Counted from the first letter of the stretch, positions 1 through 13,995 are shown. The stretch: 64,000 nt of DNA from Camelus dromedarius (GCF_036321535.1 NC_087437.1:63552001-63616000); one strand, 5' to 3'. Translations and numbers: made by a program. Notes: a model not told the origin generated them from the letters alone.

Positions 1-464
1 TATTTGGCTGGTTGGGTGGTTGGATGACCTTGGACACCCCACTTTACCTCTCTGGGTGTCGGCTTCTTTATTGGTGAGGAAATGGGCTGGAATAGAAGGT
101 TTGGGTCTTGGCCAGCTCTCACAGCTGATGGAATAGGCTCCTTAAGGGAGCAGCGACCTGTTACCTGTGCACCAAATAGCCCTCAGTCATTTCTGTGCCA
201 TTGACCTCATCCATATAGTTTGCTTAGACTTTGCTAGAAATATGACCTTCAGTCAGTGAGAGAAGGTGTCTTGGAGTCTTCCTCAGTGTGGTCTTCTTGG
301 GCAGAGAGGTGAGAATTGGGGTCTCCCTCTGCTCCCCCCTCACTATGGACAGAGCTCCTGTCGGATCCCATGATTGAGGGGATGCTGGAACAAAGCATGG
401 ATGTTAAGGCTAGTCATGGATCTGAGTAAGAGCGTTTCCCTTCTGTCTGGCTCAGTGTTCAGAC

Positions 465-787
465 CAGGAGTCAAGAAAGGTTATCTATAAAAGGCCAGTT
501 GCAGCTTTGCAGGCCACAGTCTCTGTCACAGCTACTCAAGTCTGCTGTTGTTGTGCAAAGCGCAGCCAGAGACAATACATAAGTGAGTGAGTGTGGCTGT
601 GTTGCAATACAACTTTATTTATGAATACAAATGTGAATTTCATATAATTTTCACACATGTCATGAAATATTATCCCTTTGATTTTTTTCCATCATTTAAA
701 ATATGTAGAAGTATTCTTAGCTCTCCAGCTATACAAAAACTGGCTGCAGGTGGGATTTGGCACACGAGCAGAAGTTTGCTGACCTGT
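465..787 (+). mobile_element. MER58B-like hAT-Charlie DNA transposon remnant
   Basis: Resembles the recalled MER58 consensus (gcagccagagacaatac...gtggctgtgttgcaatacaactttatt...agtttgctgacctg). Confidence 0.75.
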
Positions 788-2290
788 GGTCTATACCTCT
801 CCAGACTGAAAAGCAACCCACATTCTTATTCTTGGTGAATCTTGGCATTTTCACACTCTCCCCACTAGAGGGCGATCGTGCACAAATCAGGGACCCTTGG
901 CCTCCCCCTCTGGTCTTACCAGTCTTGGAGCTGGGCATTCTGTGTCGCCCAATTCTGAATGCCCTGGGCCAAGAGCTCCTTTCTGGGGCCACCATTCTAC
1001 CCCCTGCTTGTGGACCGATATGAGTCATTTTCCAGTGAAAGGAGAGCTCTCAAACAGCTTGTCGGCACAAGTTTCGACATTAGAGGCACTTTGACGGCAG
1101 TTATGGAATGTACTGGTATTCTCAAGGAGGAGAGGTTTTAGGGTGTCATTTTCACACACAGTCACACATACACACACAGAACGGTGTCCAGTCCTCTCAG
1201 TAGCCGGCCCCTGGCCCCTGGCTCTCCCAGCCCCCAGCCCCACTTTTATGAAGTGCAGTCAGGCCAGTGGAATCTCTCCCCTCTGGCCCTATGGCTTGCT
1301 TGGCAGGCTCTGCTAGACTGTCATGGAGACGTGAAGTGTTGCTATGTGCAGAAGAAAACACTGCATTGCAGGGAGAGGACCTCTTTCTGTACTTTGTCCC
1401 TTTCCCACTGTGCACCCCCAGTTTTATGAAGTGCAAACCAGGACCCTGGGGCTGACAAAGGAAGAAACTGACAGTTGCTTCCTATATGGTGAACAGTCAC
1501 ATTCCTGCTCTAAGGCCAGAATCTTCAGTAATGAGATTTTTTCTTTTCCTGGAAATGAAAGCCCACATCCTGGAATGATAAGTCCCAGGAACATACAGCA
1601 TTAAGGAAACCACTGAATTTCATAGCACACACTTCTATCTCCACAAAGGATTTTATGTGACCTGAATAAAGGGCCTCTCATGCAAGGGTCTCTTGGAAGA
1701 AGGGGCCAGAGTCGTTTTTAGTTCCCTGTGTTTATCTGTTCTATGAATCCTAAAACGTACTCATTGCAGCATCAGGTTGAGGGTGCACAATTGCCTCTGA
1801 TACATATCAACAGTGGGAAATGGGATGATTGTTTCTAGAGACATCTAAAAGGAGCCAGGAGCCTCATGTTCAGTCTAGGGGAGTGGGCTATGGGCCAGAT
1901 GACCCTGTTAAGATTCTTTCCAGGCTCAGAATTCTGTGAAATCTAGGATGTGGATTTGGGGACTCTTTATTTAAACAAAATGCACAGAACTATGTCCCTT
2001 CTTGTCCTTCATTCTAAATGCCTCCAAAATCTCTCTGCCAAGTCCTCCCAGCCCCAGTCTCGCTCCTTCACCCCACACAATCTCTCCCTCTCCTTCACCT
2101 CCCTAGCACCTGTCTCTTTCTCCCCCCCTGGACCCTTCAAGCCTCTGTCCAGCTAGCTTGGGGCAGGAGGGTCCTGAGCAAATATGGGGAACAGCAGCGT
2201 CATGACAACAGCAGCCCTGCTGAGGATAGGATTCCCATCCCCACCACCGTGTGCTTCCTGGCCTGAGCCTCCCTGTGCTTCCCTCCACAG

Positions 2291-2443
2291 AGCAGCCCAT
2301 CCAGTACGCTCACTCTACCTGCGAGGCTGGTGTGGCTGAGCTCCACATCCAGGATGCCCTCCCAGAGGACGACGGCATGTACACCTGTCTGGCCGAGAAC
2401 ACCTTGGGGCAGGTGTCCTGCAGCGCCCGGGTCACTGTCCGAG
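2291..2443 (+). CDS. MYLK: MYLK coding exon (153 bp, probably the orthologue of human exon 13); C-terminal part of an Ig-I domain
   Basis: Acceptor ccacag, donor G|gtagga. Encodes EQPIQYAHSTCEAGVAELHIQDALPEDDGMYTCLAENTLGQVSCSARVTVR, with the Ig DxGxYTC motif; matches MYLK as I recall it. Confidence 0.95.
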
Positions 2444-4917
2444 GTAGGAGCCTCTGGGCACCTCTCTAGCAGCATCTTTCCTACAAACACATCTGCTCTG
2501 GGGAAAGGGTACTGCTCCTAAAGGCGGGCAGGTGGAGGCGATGCCCTCCGGGGGCTCACAGTAACCAGGCTCTGCTATGGGAGATGGACATGAGTCCAAT
2601 ACCCCACACCCTCACCCCACCGGGGCTGCCGGAAGATGCAGGGGAAAGAGGCAAAGACTTTCTTAGCTCAAAAAGCTCCCAGTCTGGTAAGCAGGAAACC
2701 ACACACACTGAAAGACGACATATCCCCATAGGAACTGAGCTCTCACAAATGACCCCCCATGTGTTGGGCGACACTGGGCTTCAAGTGCTGGTACTGAAGC
2801 TTCCAGAGGGTCACAGTCTGTCCCCCTTTTCCTTCTGCCCCTGCTCCTCCCCTCTACCCAGGCTTGTTCTGATACATCACCAGCCTGGTGTCCAGCAATT
2901 GAATTATCATGGTCATTTATTTATCAGCACCAAGCACTTAGTCCCAGGAAGTTGAGGGGGAACCACAGACTTAAGACAGATCTGTCTGCGCTGTGGTATC
3001 AGCCGGTGTGGTGACAGTGCTGGGGAAGGGTGTTCAGGTGGGCCTGACTCCCCACCCTCAGCCGGGCCTGGGCCCCCAGCTCCCGCATGTGACTGGGGCC
3101 TGGGTGTTTGGACCGGGTGCGCCATGCCCTGCTGCCGGCAGACTAGCAGGAGGCAGGTCTCCTCACTCTGTCCCCCAGGGTTCTGTCCCCCAAGAGCCCT
3201 GGTGGGGGGCAGGGGTGGGGGGCAGTGCTCTTCCTGCCTCACACGGAGGGTCTGGAGGTCTCAAGAAGTCAGTGTAACTTGCCTAAGCACCCCAAGCTAG
3301 TGGGCCGTGCTCGCCTTTCGAACCCAGATCTCCAAGACCCTGCTCATCCCTTCGCCTTACCTTTCTCCAGAGTGTGAGTCCCCTGGTCCCAGTGTCGCCC
3401 TCTAGGGATAGAGGATGGCACTGATGGAGAGCACAGCTGCCTTTGGCTCAGGGAGGCTCTCTGCCAAGGCGGGGCACACTCCCAGACTCTCTGATTCCTC
3501 TGAAGTGCCTGGCAAGGAGTCAACACCTGGAGACTGGCACCCCTCCCCACTTGGGTCGCAGCATTCTGGTTTACACTCCATCCCCTTTCTCCTCACAGAT
3601 CTCTCTCCTGGCTCGTTGAGGGGCCTGGGGAGATTGTGGTAATGATACTCAAGAGGAAAGGAGAACAGATCGGGCCGGGGAGCGACTCCTACCTTCCCAG
3701 CAGGGGCCCCCCCCTTGGAGGTCCGCGTGGCCTCCCCCAAAGCTTATAGCCGTGGAGAGAGCCAGGAGGTGCATGATGGGTCTGTGGTCTGAGACCCCCT
3801 GCTGGCTCCAGCCCACCCCCCCCACTAATCCAGAGCCTGTCCTGGGCTGCCCATGTTTAGACTGGATTGAAGAGACCCAGCTGAGCTAACAGCCCTACTG
3901 GAGGTGGGTCCCCAGATGAAGGATCAGGAAGACTTTGGGGCTATCACATCCTTGCCCCCAGGTCTGTGGGAGGTGGGGGGCCTGAGTGATAGCCCATCCA
4001 ATCATGTTTTAAAGCAGAAACAGAGAGGTCCCCGGCAAGAACTCGGCCAGAGCCACTTGGATCTACTCTGAGAACAGCCCTGTGTGAGTGAGAACCCCCT
4101 CCCAGTGTGGGGATTTACTGGCCTATGAAGGCCAAACAGAGGCTCAGATACCATAAATGGTGAGGGAGGCTGAGAGACTTGGCCACGCACTCGGGCCGGC
4201 AGCACCGGGGCTATCTGTGCCGGGAGCGGGTAGGCCGAGCCTGGCACAGTGAAACCCCTGGCTCCGTGCCCCAAGGCAACCCGGGAGGCTCCAGGCCACG
4301 TCCCACACCACCCTCAGCTGTGGAGTTTTTCTGACTTTATTGGCAGCTTCTTTGGCTCCAGTCTCTCGGCAGCTCCAGGGGCAGGAGTGACTGCAGGGGC
4401 ATTTGTCCCCTTCTGTACCGACCACTGTCTTGGCCTCTCCCTCAGCTGCCCAGGCCTGGCCTTTCTGTCCTCTCTGCGTGGCACCGGGCCATGGCTGGAG
4501 CATGGATGTGGAGCAGACCGCATGGTGTGGGTCCTGCCCACCACTCCCTAGCCCTGTTCAGCTCTCCCCACCTCAAGTGCCTCTTCTGTGAAGTGGGGAC
4601 ACTGACAGTCACCCCCAGTGCTGTGAGGATTGATTTAACAAACAGGCAAGCATCCTCAGAATGTGGAAAGTGCTCAGTGAGTGTGGGCTGGCATGACGAT
4701 TGTCCAACACAGCCCTGACCTTTAGACAAAATGAAATCGTCCAAATGGCCAAGTCTAAGCAGCGGCCACACCAAAGGATCACCTTTGCCACAGTGGGTGG
4801 TTGTTTTTCTGTCTTGTGTGTTCATTTGGTCTGGGTAAGGGCAAGAGAGAATCAGAGAAGGGAGCCGTAGGGCCAGACACTGAAGCCGCGGTCTCCAGCG
4901 CCCCGTTCTGGGAGCTC

Positions 4918-4936
4918 TGGCCACAAGAGGGCGCCA
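4918..4936 (+). promoter_or_regulatory. Near-consensus CTCF motif
   Basis: TGGCCACAAGAGGGCGCCA versus consensus TGGCCACCAGGGGGCGCTA, with several CpGs retained nearby. Confidence 0.6.
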
Positions 4937-5269
4937 TGCAGCCACGCCTCTCCCTCCCTGGTTTGGTTTCCAGGGAGGAACAGGTTCAAGGGCAGCTCTT
5001 GCTGGAAGAGAGCTCAGCTGCACTTTCCTGAAGGCCAGACTTGGGTACTCTTTCTCACCTCTTTATCCTTTTGCCAGGGTTTTGCAATCATCCAGAAATT
5101 GCTGGCTTGGCACTCTGACGGGAGTTCTGCGGCCTCTTTCCCCTTCTTTCTCTGCCTTCTCTCCTGTGTAACCCCTTCCTCCCGAAATCTGGCTGACTTC
5201 CTCCCACAGGTGTCACTTCCTCTGGGATGAGTTCTCTTACCAGCTGTGTGTCCCCTATCACTGTGCTTA

Positions 5270-5840
5270 GGTATCAACAGGTCTTTACTGAGCCAGGCGT
5301 CGTTCTGGTGAAGCTGCCGTGAACAGCACAGACAGGTTCTGCCTTCATGGCGTTTACATTCTGCTGGAGAGATGGGCAGTCACCCACACCTGGCTTAACC
5401 AAATACTGACAAGTGCTATTAAGACAGTGAGAATAGAGAGGGGGTGGAAGGGATGCTTTCTTAGCTGAGTGATGGAGGAAACCTCATGGGGGAGACACCT
5501 TTTGAGCAGAGAACTGGAGAAAGAGTGCTCCAGGCAGGCAGCACAGCAAGTGCAAAGGCCCTGAGCTGGGAACAAGGTCAGCCTATTCATCGATGGTGAG
5601 GCTGGAGCAAAGGGAGTGGGGGACCAAGCAGTAGAGAATGAGTTCAGAGAGGCTGGGCGACATGGTGCAGGACTCTAGGGCTGAGGAGAAAGCGTTTTAT
5701 TCTAACTGGGAATTTTTACTCTAATTGCTTGACTGTCTCCCTTGCCAGATTATAAGCTCCTTGAAGGCAGGGACCATGTCTTATTCATTATTGCACAGGG
5801 CCTGCTCTGTGGGTGTGTGCTCAGTGAATTCATGAAACAG
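5270..5840. mobile_element. LINE-2 fragments (minus-strand piece about 5270-5710, then a plus-strand 3' end)
   Basis: Typical L2 words: tttactgagccaggc...gtgaacagcacagac, and tataagctccttgaaggcagggaccatgtctt. Confidence 0.65.
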
Positions 5841-6690
5841 AAAGTGAGGTGGGTGAGTCTCCCCAGGAGTGCAGGGGCGTTGCCTCCAACTCCTCCCTTG
5901 CCTGGGGCTCAGGGCTCATGGGACCACTCAGCGAACTCACAGGCCAGTTCTCAAGAGCCCCCCAGCAAATATGCCTTCTTTCCTCCTCCCATGCTAAGAA
6001 AAAAAGCCCCCAGTAGTTAACAGGCAATGAAAGTCTTCCCTGCTGACCCAGGACAGAGCCTAAAGGAGGGTTAATTTAAATTCCTGCAGGACCCAGGAAG
6101 ATCTGAGGGAGTGTAAATAGCTCAGTGTATTTGCACTGACTCATGATGGTAGTGGGGGCTTCTTTAGGCTATTTTAATTTATCTCCCCCTGGAGTATCTT
6201 TGTCAAGGCTAAAATTCTTAAGTGACTAGATTTATTAACCTGCTAATTGTGCCCATTTTAACATAGAGTCTCAGCCTAATGGTTTGTTTATTTAACTGAA
6301 AGCCAGCTGGGCCACTTAAAGCAACCTAAGGACATAAAATGTGGGTGACTTAAAAAACAAAGAGCAAAACAAAACAAAACCTGATTTCTGAAATAAAAAA
6401 CAAAATTTAATGAGCCTGTTTATTAGAGTATTTGTTTTGATCAAGAGCCCCTAATGAAAGCTCCAGGCACCAGGGAAGTCAGCCGCTTACTGGACAGTGA
6501 AAGCATCAGAAGTTCATTTGGTTTTCAGATGAGTGACAAGCCCTCTGTGGGGCAGCTTTGAGCCCTGACAGCCTCCCACCCTTTTGGTTGGAAGACACTG
6601 GCAGGTCCTTTGGACACTGTAGAATCTGTCCAGTTGGTGTCAGGTGTGGACCTTCCCCACCATGAGCTTAAAAACACTGAAAACATTTTT

Positions 6691-6776
6691 CCCCCTAACA
6701 GAGGCACTGGGGATTGAACCCAGGACCTTGTGCATGCCAAGCACCTGCTCTGCCGCTGAGCATCCCTCCCACCCCT
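6691..6776 (-). mobile_element. Short tRNA-Ala-derived SINE (camelid vic-1-like) with 13-bp TSD
   Basis: Minus strand reads ggggtgggagggatgctcagcggcagagc...gcatgcacaaggtcctgggttcaatccccagtgcctc, with A- and B-box-like motifs. Flanked by tgaaaacattttt at 6678-6690 and 6777-6789. Confidence 0.8.
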
Positions 6777-9700
6777 TGAAAACATTTTTAACACTTATGT
6801 TAGCTAAAGAGAAATTTACTGAAGCAGAAGGATGAACATCAGTTTTAACTTGTCTTTCTGTTTGTTTTTTTCAAGAACCTTAGTCCACCTACGACATCTG
6901 TTGAAAGTCTTCTAAATTCTAAGAAGGCCAGCAAATAAATGTTAAATTATTTTATAACCAGTACTTTAGCTTTATGTAAGTTGATACCACAGACATGGTG
7001 GTGTGCTCCATGGGGTCCTTCCTGTCCCAGAAGTCCTGCTGAGCAATTGTCTGTCCATTTGTGTCCAGGTCAGGGAACTGGAGCCCCATTTTACTAATCG
7101 GACAATTACAGCCGTATCACTGCCTACTTCCACAGCCCTCTGCAGCTCATACCTAGCATTTATTTGCTTCTAAGCACTCTTAATCTCCGTCCTTGTCTTT
7201 TCCATCGGGGGGGGGGGGCAGGCCTCCAGCAGGCATTGGGAGGGGACATTGGCTGGTTTGGATGCCGTACCATTTTGTTCAGAGTTTGAGGAGAACGTCT
7301 AAGGCAGTCAGAAGGCTGCAGCTGCAGTGATCCCTGCCTGCCAGGCAGCAAGCCTGTCGTACTGCTGAGAGGCCTGGGGGTGTCAGACAGCAACCGTTTC
7401 CTGTCCTTTTCGTTGCCACGTCTTCTCGTTTGCTTCCTAGGTTCTGGAGAAGTCAGTGGGGAGAAGAGGAGCCAAAAGAGAGAACAAGGCTATGGGGGGA
7501 TCTCTTTTTATGCCCACAGAAGTAGACTTTTTACTGACTCTTCAAGTAGGTTGATTTGGTTAGGAGATGGGCTTCTGTTGGAAGAGAGGTGGCAGGCATC
7601 CCCTGAGATTTGCACTGTGCATAAATGCACTGCACATGGGGGAGCGGGTGGGCCTCACTTCAGCTGGGTGAAGGTCACCTTCCTTGTTGAGTCCTCTAGA
7701 GTCAGCAGTCCTGGAATGCAGGGGAAGGAGGAGGCTAGACGGTGATCCCTAGACCCTGCTGGATTTTGAGCACCAAATAAAGGAAGAAGGGAGGATTGTG
7801 CCACCACCTCTCACTTGGTGATTTACTGAATTTCCATAGTATAACAGGGTTTGGAGTGAATCAGATTTGCTGTTGGAATGGTATTTTGTATTTTTATGAG
7901 TAAGTGAAATAGCTCAGGTTCAAAGCTTAAGGAAGATCGTCAGTAGATCTGAGATAAAGGCAGTCATTTTTCCTCCCCCAACTATGCATTTTCAAGAGGT
8001 CCTGTGTCTGCATGCCTGAGGGGTGTGGGGGAGGGATGTTAGGAAGTAGGGGAGAGCCACTGTTCCATGTCCACTTTTATTTGGTGACCCCCGTGGATCC
8101 AGGGGTGCCTGTGTCAGAAGTAGGGGAGCTGCTGACAGACAGCCTGAGGCTCTGACAGCAGGACTTGGTAGGAGGCTGTGACAGGAGGTGGTCCCTCTAG
8201 TGGGGAGCGCTGGGGAGCTCTTTAGGTGGTAGGATACTTCATACCAGCATTCTGTCTCTGTTTCATATTTGTGTCATCTATTTACACACTTTAAAGGGAA
8301 CATTCCATAATTTTTTGTTTTAATCTGACACAAGTCTTGAATGAGCTGGGAGCCTGCTGAGGCCATTTTCCAGGCAAATGATTCAATGTGTAAACACGTG
8401 TATTTAATGCAAATTCAGCTCCAGAAACTTGGGGTGCTTTAGAGAGAATCAGGTTGGCTACTGAAAGTTGACAGGTGGGGAAAATGCTTCTAAGGAGAAA
8501 TTCAGAATTGTTTTTCCTGCTAAACCCTTAGAAAGAGAGGAGGGACTCAGGCGGGAAGAAAAGGAGAATTACCGAGTGTAGAGGGAGACACTGAGATCAC
8601 ACCAGCCCCGGGACAGAGGCTGAGGGATTCTTCATTTCAAGCCCAAGAGAAGTCAGAGAGTCTCGTTCTGAGACTGCAGGTTTGAGGAATGGGATTATAC
8701 AGATGACTGTATAAGAATTAATGAGAAAGGTAACAAATAGTGCCTGCTGTGTGTGTACTTAACTCTCCAAATAAGAGCTTTTCAAAATCGAATATTGGGT
8801 TTACCAGTTAAAGCAGTAAGTGCTTTAAACTAAGACCACTGTCAGTCAGTGTTTTTAATGACAACATTGTTTTGACAGACAAAATCTAATCAGTTAGAAA
8901 AGCTGGTTTGTTTTATTTAATTCCCACCACAATCCATTTTCCTTTTTTTTTTTTTTTTTTCTCTCCCAAGCAGAAAATAAACTGCCTTTATTTCAGTCTG
9001 GTGTCATGACACTGTTTGTATTGTTCCACAGCACAAGGCAGCGAGTAGGGCTGAGACTCCAGGTGGGTATGAGGGCCAGGCCCAGGCCCAGAATCTTTGG
9101 TAAGGCATGAGCTGGAGCTGGGCTGAGAGCTGATCTTGGGCCTGGGTGGGCTCTGTCCTCCACTTTCCATTTTTGAATTAACTCCACTTTGTAGATGAAG
9201 AAAAACAATGCCCAGAGGTCAAATCAGCTGCCACAACAGCCCGGCTGCCAGCTCTAGGCCCGGCCCAGGGCTTTCTACTTTGCTGCTCTGGGGCTCCAGG
9301 AAGTCCTTTGTTTGATACTTCTGCTTCCTCAGAGCAAGAATTGTTTAAGTTTATGACTAGGAACTGCCTTCAAAAACAGTTTCTGATGAGTTAAAACAGT
9401 GCAAAAATGGCCAAGGAGGGAAAACTCGGGGGTCTGTTGAGCTGTAGGGTCTGTGTGTCTCTCTCCTTCCTGTTTCCTCCATCCCCCTCCCACATCCCCC
9501 TCTCTCCCTCCTCTCCTCAGGCTCCTCTTCCCCTTTCTCAAGTCATGCTACAGCTTTAGTCTACGGGGCATTATTTTCACTTGTCCATAACTGCTTATTA
9601 GCATTCTTAATCTCAGTTCTTGTCTTTCCCATTGGAGGGCAGGACTGATCCTTTGCTTTCCCTCAGAATGAAACAGAGCAGCCAGGTACTGCTGCCAGTT

Positions 9701-11849
9701 TAACGGCAGAGTCTGTGAGTGAGTGGAGGGTCACTGGCCAGCTGGCCAAGAACCAGAGCAACAGATAAGCCCACTTCAGATCTTTAGTCCTAGGCTAGTA
9801 AATCGCGGAGGCTGGGCCTTCCTGGACTCCAGGAAGGTCAGCAGAGCAGCAGGAAGCACAGCTGCAGGCGAAACCTGGGTATGTTTAGTCTGGCCCCATT
9901 TGAGCTGGGTAGCGAGCCTGTCACTGGGTCCCAGGGACCCTTGCTATTGGTGTGCCACAGCCAGCGCCCACCCCTACCCAGTGAAGGAGGTTCAGGTTCC
10001 CTGAGGTGCCATGGCTGCTGGGGGCCTCTCACCTCAGACCCTGGCCCACCTACACCTGCCTCAAACCAGGACTGGGCCGGATGACTGCTATGGCACAACC
10101 CCAGAAGATACATCTCCAGGAGAACTCTGGGTGTGAATACAGTGACAGAAAGTTCCCGTGGAATCTGGGTGACTAGCTTTTGTTCTCAGGGTGGTAGAGG
10201 GGAGCGTCCAGGCCAGGACCCTGTTGGCCATGTCAGCCCCGACATCTTAGGACAAGCCAGCTTCCCTCCCTGAGCCTCAGCTCTGTCCACGGTAAAATGA
10301 GGGCACAATCTGCCCGACCTCAGAGTTGTTAAGGATAACACTGAATGAGCTGCAAACATCCTTTAGAGTCCTTTAGAATCCAAGTGCTGAACTTTATATG
10401 GAATTGTTACAACGTTATCTCAGTGGCAGCTGACACCTTTCAGATCTCTGCCTGATCAAATGTGGATCCTGATTTGAGAGACTTTTCTCATCATAGTTAT
10501 TGTCAAATTGAGCTTGCCCAACCAAAAAAAGTCAGTTGGGTTAGGAAAGGCACAAAACATTTATTCTTATACTTATGATATGCCAGATATTCTTGTAGCT
10601 GTTTTACTGTTATTTCTTGGAATCATCTGAAACCCTGCAGTGTTTGTCATGCGCTATACTGATGATATATGTGTCACCCATATCACTATTACATTATCGT
10701 CAATAGTTGGTAACCGTATTCGTATCAGTTTAGAGGAGGGAACACTGAGCTTAGGTTGGGGAACTTGCTTCAGGTCACGTGGCTAGAGCTATGAGTTCAC
10801 AGCACCTGTTTCCATTTGTCTCTTCTTATTCTAGCTAAGTGCGCAGGATGGTGAGCATAAACTGATACATGGTCTGTCGGCCACAGATGAGCCAGAATAA
10901 GTTGTGTGGCTTTGGAATTAAATGAAACACACACACCTTGCCTTTTTCACCTGGCTTTCCCTGCTCTGCACTAGTTTTTCTCTTTTGTCAAGGGTAGGAT
11001 CGGGGTCCACATAAGACATTTGCCTTCATGGGGAGCTCAGCACAGGTGCCGCTGGAGGTAGCTGGCTCCTGTGGAAGAGACGGCCTCTGGAACATCTTGG
11101 CCTTGCCGTCAGGAGGCCTGGGTGTGAGCTCCAGGTCTGCCTGTAACTGTCTCTGGGACCTGGGCAAGTCACTTCACCTGAACATGTTCTGGCCTCTCTA
11201 CCAGTAAGGGGGCGGCGGGGTTGGGGCTGGGGTTTCAGGATCTGAATTAGGAAGCTGCTTGCCCTAAAACTGCGATCCTCACTGGCCCCTGAATCCCAGC
11301 CCAGAGTGTTGTAGGGGGTTGGTTTTCTCTCCCTGTGAATACTCTGGGGTGGTTGAACGCTGGGGACGACACAGCCACTCACTCCCCCGATTCCCAGCAG
11401 CTCTAGTCCCACATGACCCCCAGTGGCAGGTCTGAATACAGATTCATTCTGCACATTCTCTCCCAGTCACTTCCCTCTTCTCTTTGTTCCTGCTGTGGGG
11501 CCTTGGGGAGGACAGAACAGGTCAGAGGCTTGGGGGAGGTTGGAACTTAGTGCTGCCCCGGGCAGGTCCCACCAGTTCAGTCACCCTTACTCATCTCTCT
11601 CCTGAGGGAGGGCAGTGAATGTTTGTTCTCAATTTACTTTATATACATCCATGATCTTTTTAAGCAACACATTTGCATTCCTAACAGCATTTGCCTCAGG
11701 TCACAAATCCTGTAATCCTGGGGCAAGGGCTCAGTCTCTGTTCTCTTCTGCTGAGGAGCCCACCAAGTAGCTAAGCCCAAGTGGGTAGGTGTGAGTCCAC
11801 CCCTGTGCCAGCCTCCCACCAGTGCGACCTTTGATGACAGATAGTCGGA

Positions 11850-12000
11850 CAAAGTATTTTCACGTATTATCTCTTTAAAAACCCCGGGTCCTGTGATGAT
11901 ACTGTTATTACTTTAAATACAGATGAGGAAGTTGGGCTTCAGAGAGAGGCAGTGACTTACCCAAGAAGAGGACCTGACCTCAGATCCTACATTTCCGCAA
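11850..12000 (-). mobile_element. MIR SINE (one of several; others near 4560, 10260, 11100, 17200, 21620, 26920, 44330, 51750 and 52040)
   Basis: MIR core acagatgaggaagttgggcttcagagagaggcagtgacttacccaag. Confidence 0.7.
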
Positions 12001-13324
12001 CTTTCAGAGAACCAGTGAGCTGCCACGTGGAAGGCAGTGCCAAGCCGCCCTCCTAGGAGAGAGAGGCACAGATATGCATTTAGACCTGTAGGGTGACCTG
12101 GCTTTACCGAAGCCCCAGGCCAGGACAAACCGGGCAGTAGGAAGACCCGAGAGAGGGTGGGGACCAAGGAAGAGCTGCCACTGGCTTGAAGGAAAGAGAC
12201 CTAGAGTTTTTGATGCTCCCTCAGGGCCCAGGAATAAGAACCTGTCTGCAAGGAGCTCTGGGAAGCTGGGCACTCTGGCTGAGACTGCAGAGAGGCGGGG
12301 ACAGGGAGGGCTCTGGACAAGTGAAAACATTTTGTCCTTGAGCCTCAAGTCTGTGCAAGACAGGAAATTCCTCAACTCTCCCGAGGCAGCCTGCTTCCCT
12401 GGCCACTGCAGCCCAGAGAAAGGCGATCTCTGCATTTCCAGTACTGGGGTCCCTGAACCCACTCCTGGGGACTTCTGCCAAGGCCAGGGCTGCCTAGCTG
12501 CCCCTCTGTCGAAGGCAGTGATCCCAGGGGCTGGAGCAGGATGGGCTGGAGAGCGCATCCTCTGGTCATGGACCCTGTCTCCCCTTGCACTCCAGCTCTG
12601 TGCCCTTCATACAGCACCTACCTTGGGGGAAAGTGTCCTCCCACCTCCCAGGTCTTGCTGCCCCCTGGGTCTTACAGCCTCTCCGATCCAGAGGCCATGC
12701 TGGAAGTGCTCTGTAGTAGGCCATATTTTGTTTTCTCTGCCAGCAGATAAAAATTCAGTGGCCAGTCTGGATTTAGGCCTTTCCCTGGTATGTGAAGCAC
12801 CCTGGAAAGGTATCCCTGCAGGCTTCTTGGAGAAGATCTGTATGTGTGGCCCTGAGCTAATAAGAGCCCCAAATACCACAGTCCCTTTCCCCTCAGATTT
12901 AGAGTCTAACTTAGAGATACCATAGCCTCTTTGTCCCTATCCCTGCCCCCCTCCCCCAAAGACAAAAAACAGAAAGGTGAAAAAGAGTTATTGAAGGTCA
13001 AAGCCACCTGGCCTGCAGGACAGAGGGCAAGATCTGAGACAGGGCAGCTGGGAGCTCGTCCTGCTGGGACAAGGCTGTCCTGTGTGGGAAATGGACACCA
13101 GCTCAGCCTCTTGGCTGCTCCTTCCCTTCAGCTCACCTGAGGCAGGTCAGAGCCGGCTTGGGGAGGATTCCAGGAACAGTGGGAAACTCATTTGCTAACC
13201 CATCTCCCCAGAGAATGGATTGGGGGGGTCAGTGGGCAGCCCTGAGCCCAGAGAGTCATTCTAGTTCTTGTCTCTGACTAGCTGGTGCGCTCCCTCCCTC
13301 TCTCAGAGAGAAAGATCTTCCCTC

Positions 13325-13995
13325 CAGGTTTTATCGAGGCGGTATTGCTGTACAACAAACCACATATATTGATGGTGTTTAATTTGAAACCTTCACCACA
13401 ATTTTAGGAAATGACCATCTCCATCACCCTCAAATGCTTCCTTGTGCCCCTTTACAATCCATCCCTCCAACCTCTGCCCCAAGCAACCCTTCTGTCACTC
13501 TATTTTGCATTTTCTAGAATTTTATAGAAATGGACTCATCCAGTATGTACTCTCTCTCTGCCTGGCTCCTTTCATTCAATGTAATTTTTGTGAGATTGGT
13601 CTCTGTTGTAACGTCTGTCATTAGTCCATTTCTTTTTATTGCTGAGTAGTATCCATTGTATGACTATATCATAATTTGCTTACTCATTCACTTGTTGATG
13701 GGCATTTGGGTTGTTTTCAGTTGGGGGCCCTGAGGAATAGCTGCTATGAATGTTCGTGTACAAGTCTTTGTATGGATATGTGCTTTCATTTCTCTTGTGT
13801 AAATACTCAGGAGTAGAATGAATGGATCATAAATGTATGTTTAACTTTTTAAGAAACTGCCAAACTGTTTTCAGAAGTATCTGTGCTAGTATACACTCCC
13901 CCTGACAGTGTCAGAGAGTTCCAGTGCTCCACAGCCTTGCCAGCACCAGACTTAGGGTGATCGGTCTTTAGTTTTAATCATTCTCATGATGTAGT
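13325..13995 (-). mobile_element. Old L1M 3'-end fragment
   Basis: Antisense L1 3' motifs (ttctagaattttatagaaatgg...ttttattgctgagtagtatccattgtatg...gatgggcatttgggttgttt). Confidence 0.8.

Noticed and set aside
6701..6775. Possible tRNA-Ala gene
   Set aside because: Degenerate stems and a flanking TSD indicate a SINE, not a functional tRNA.
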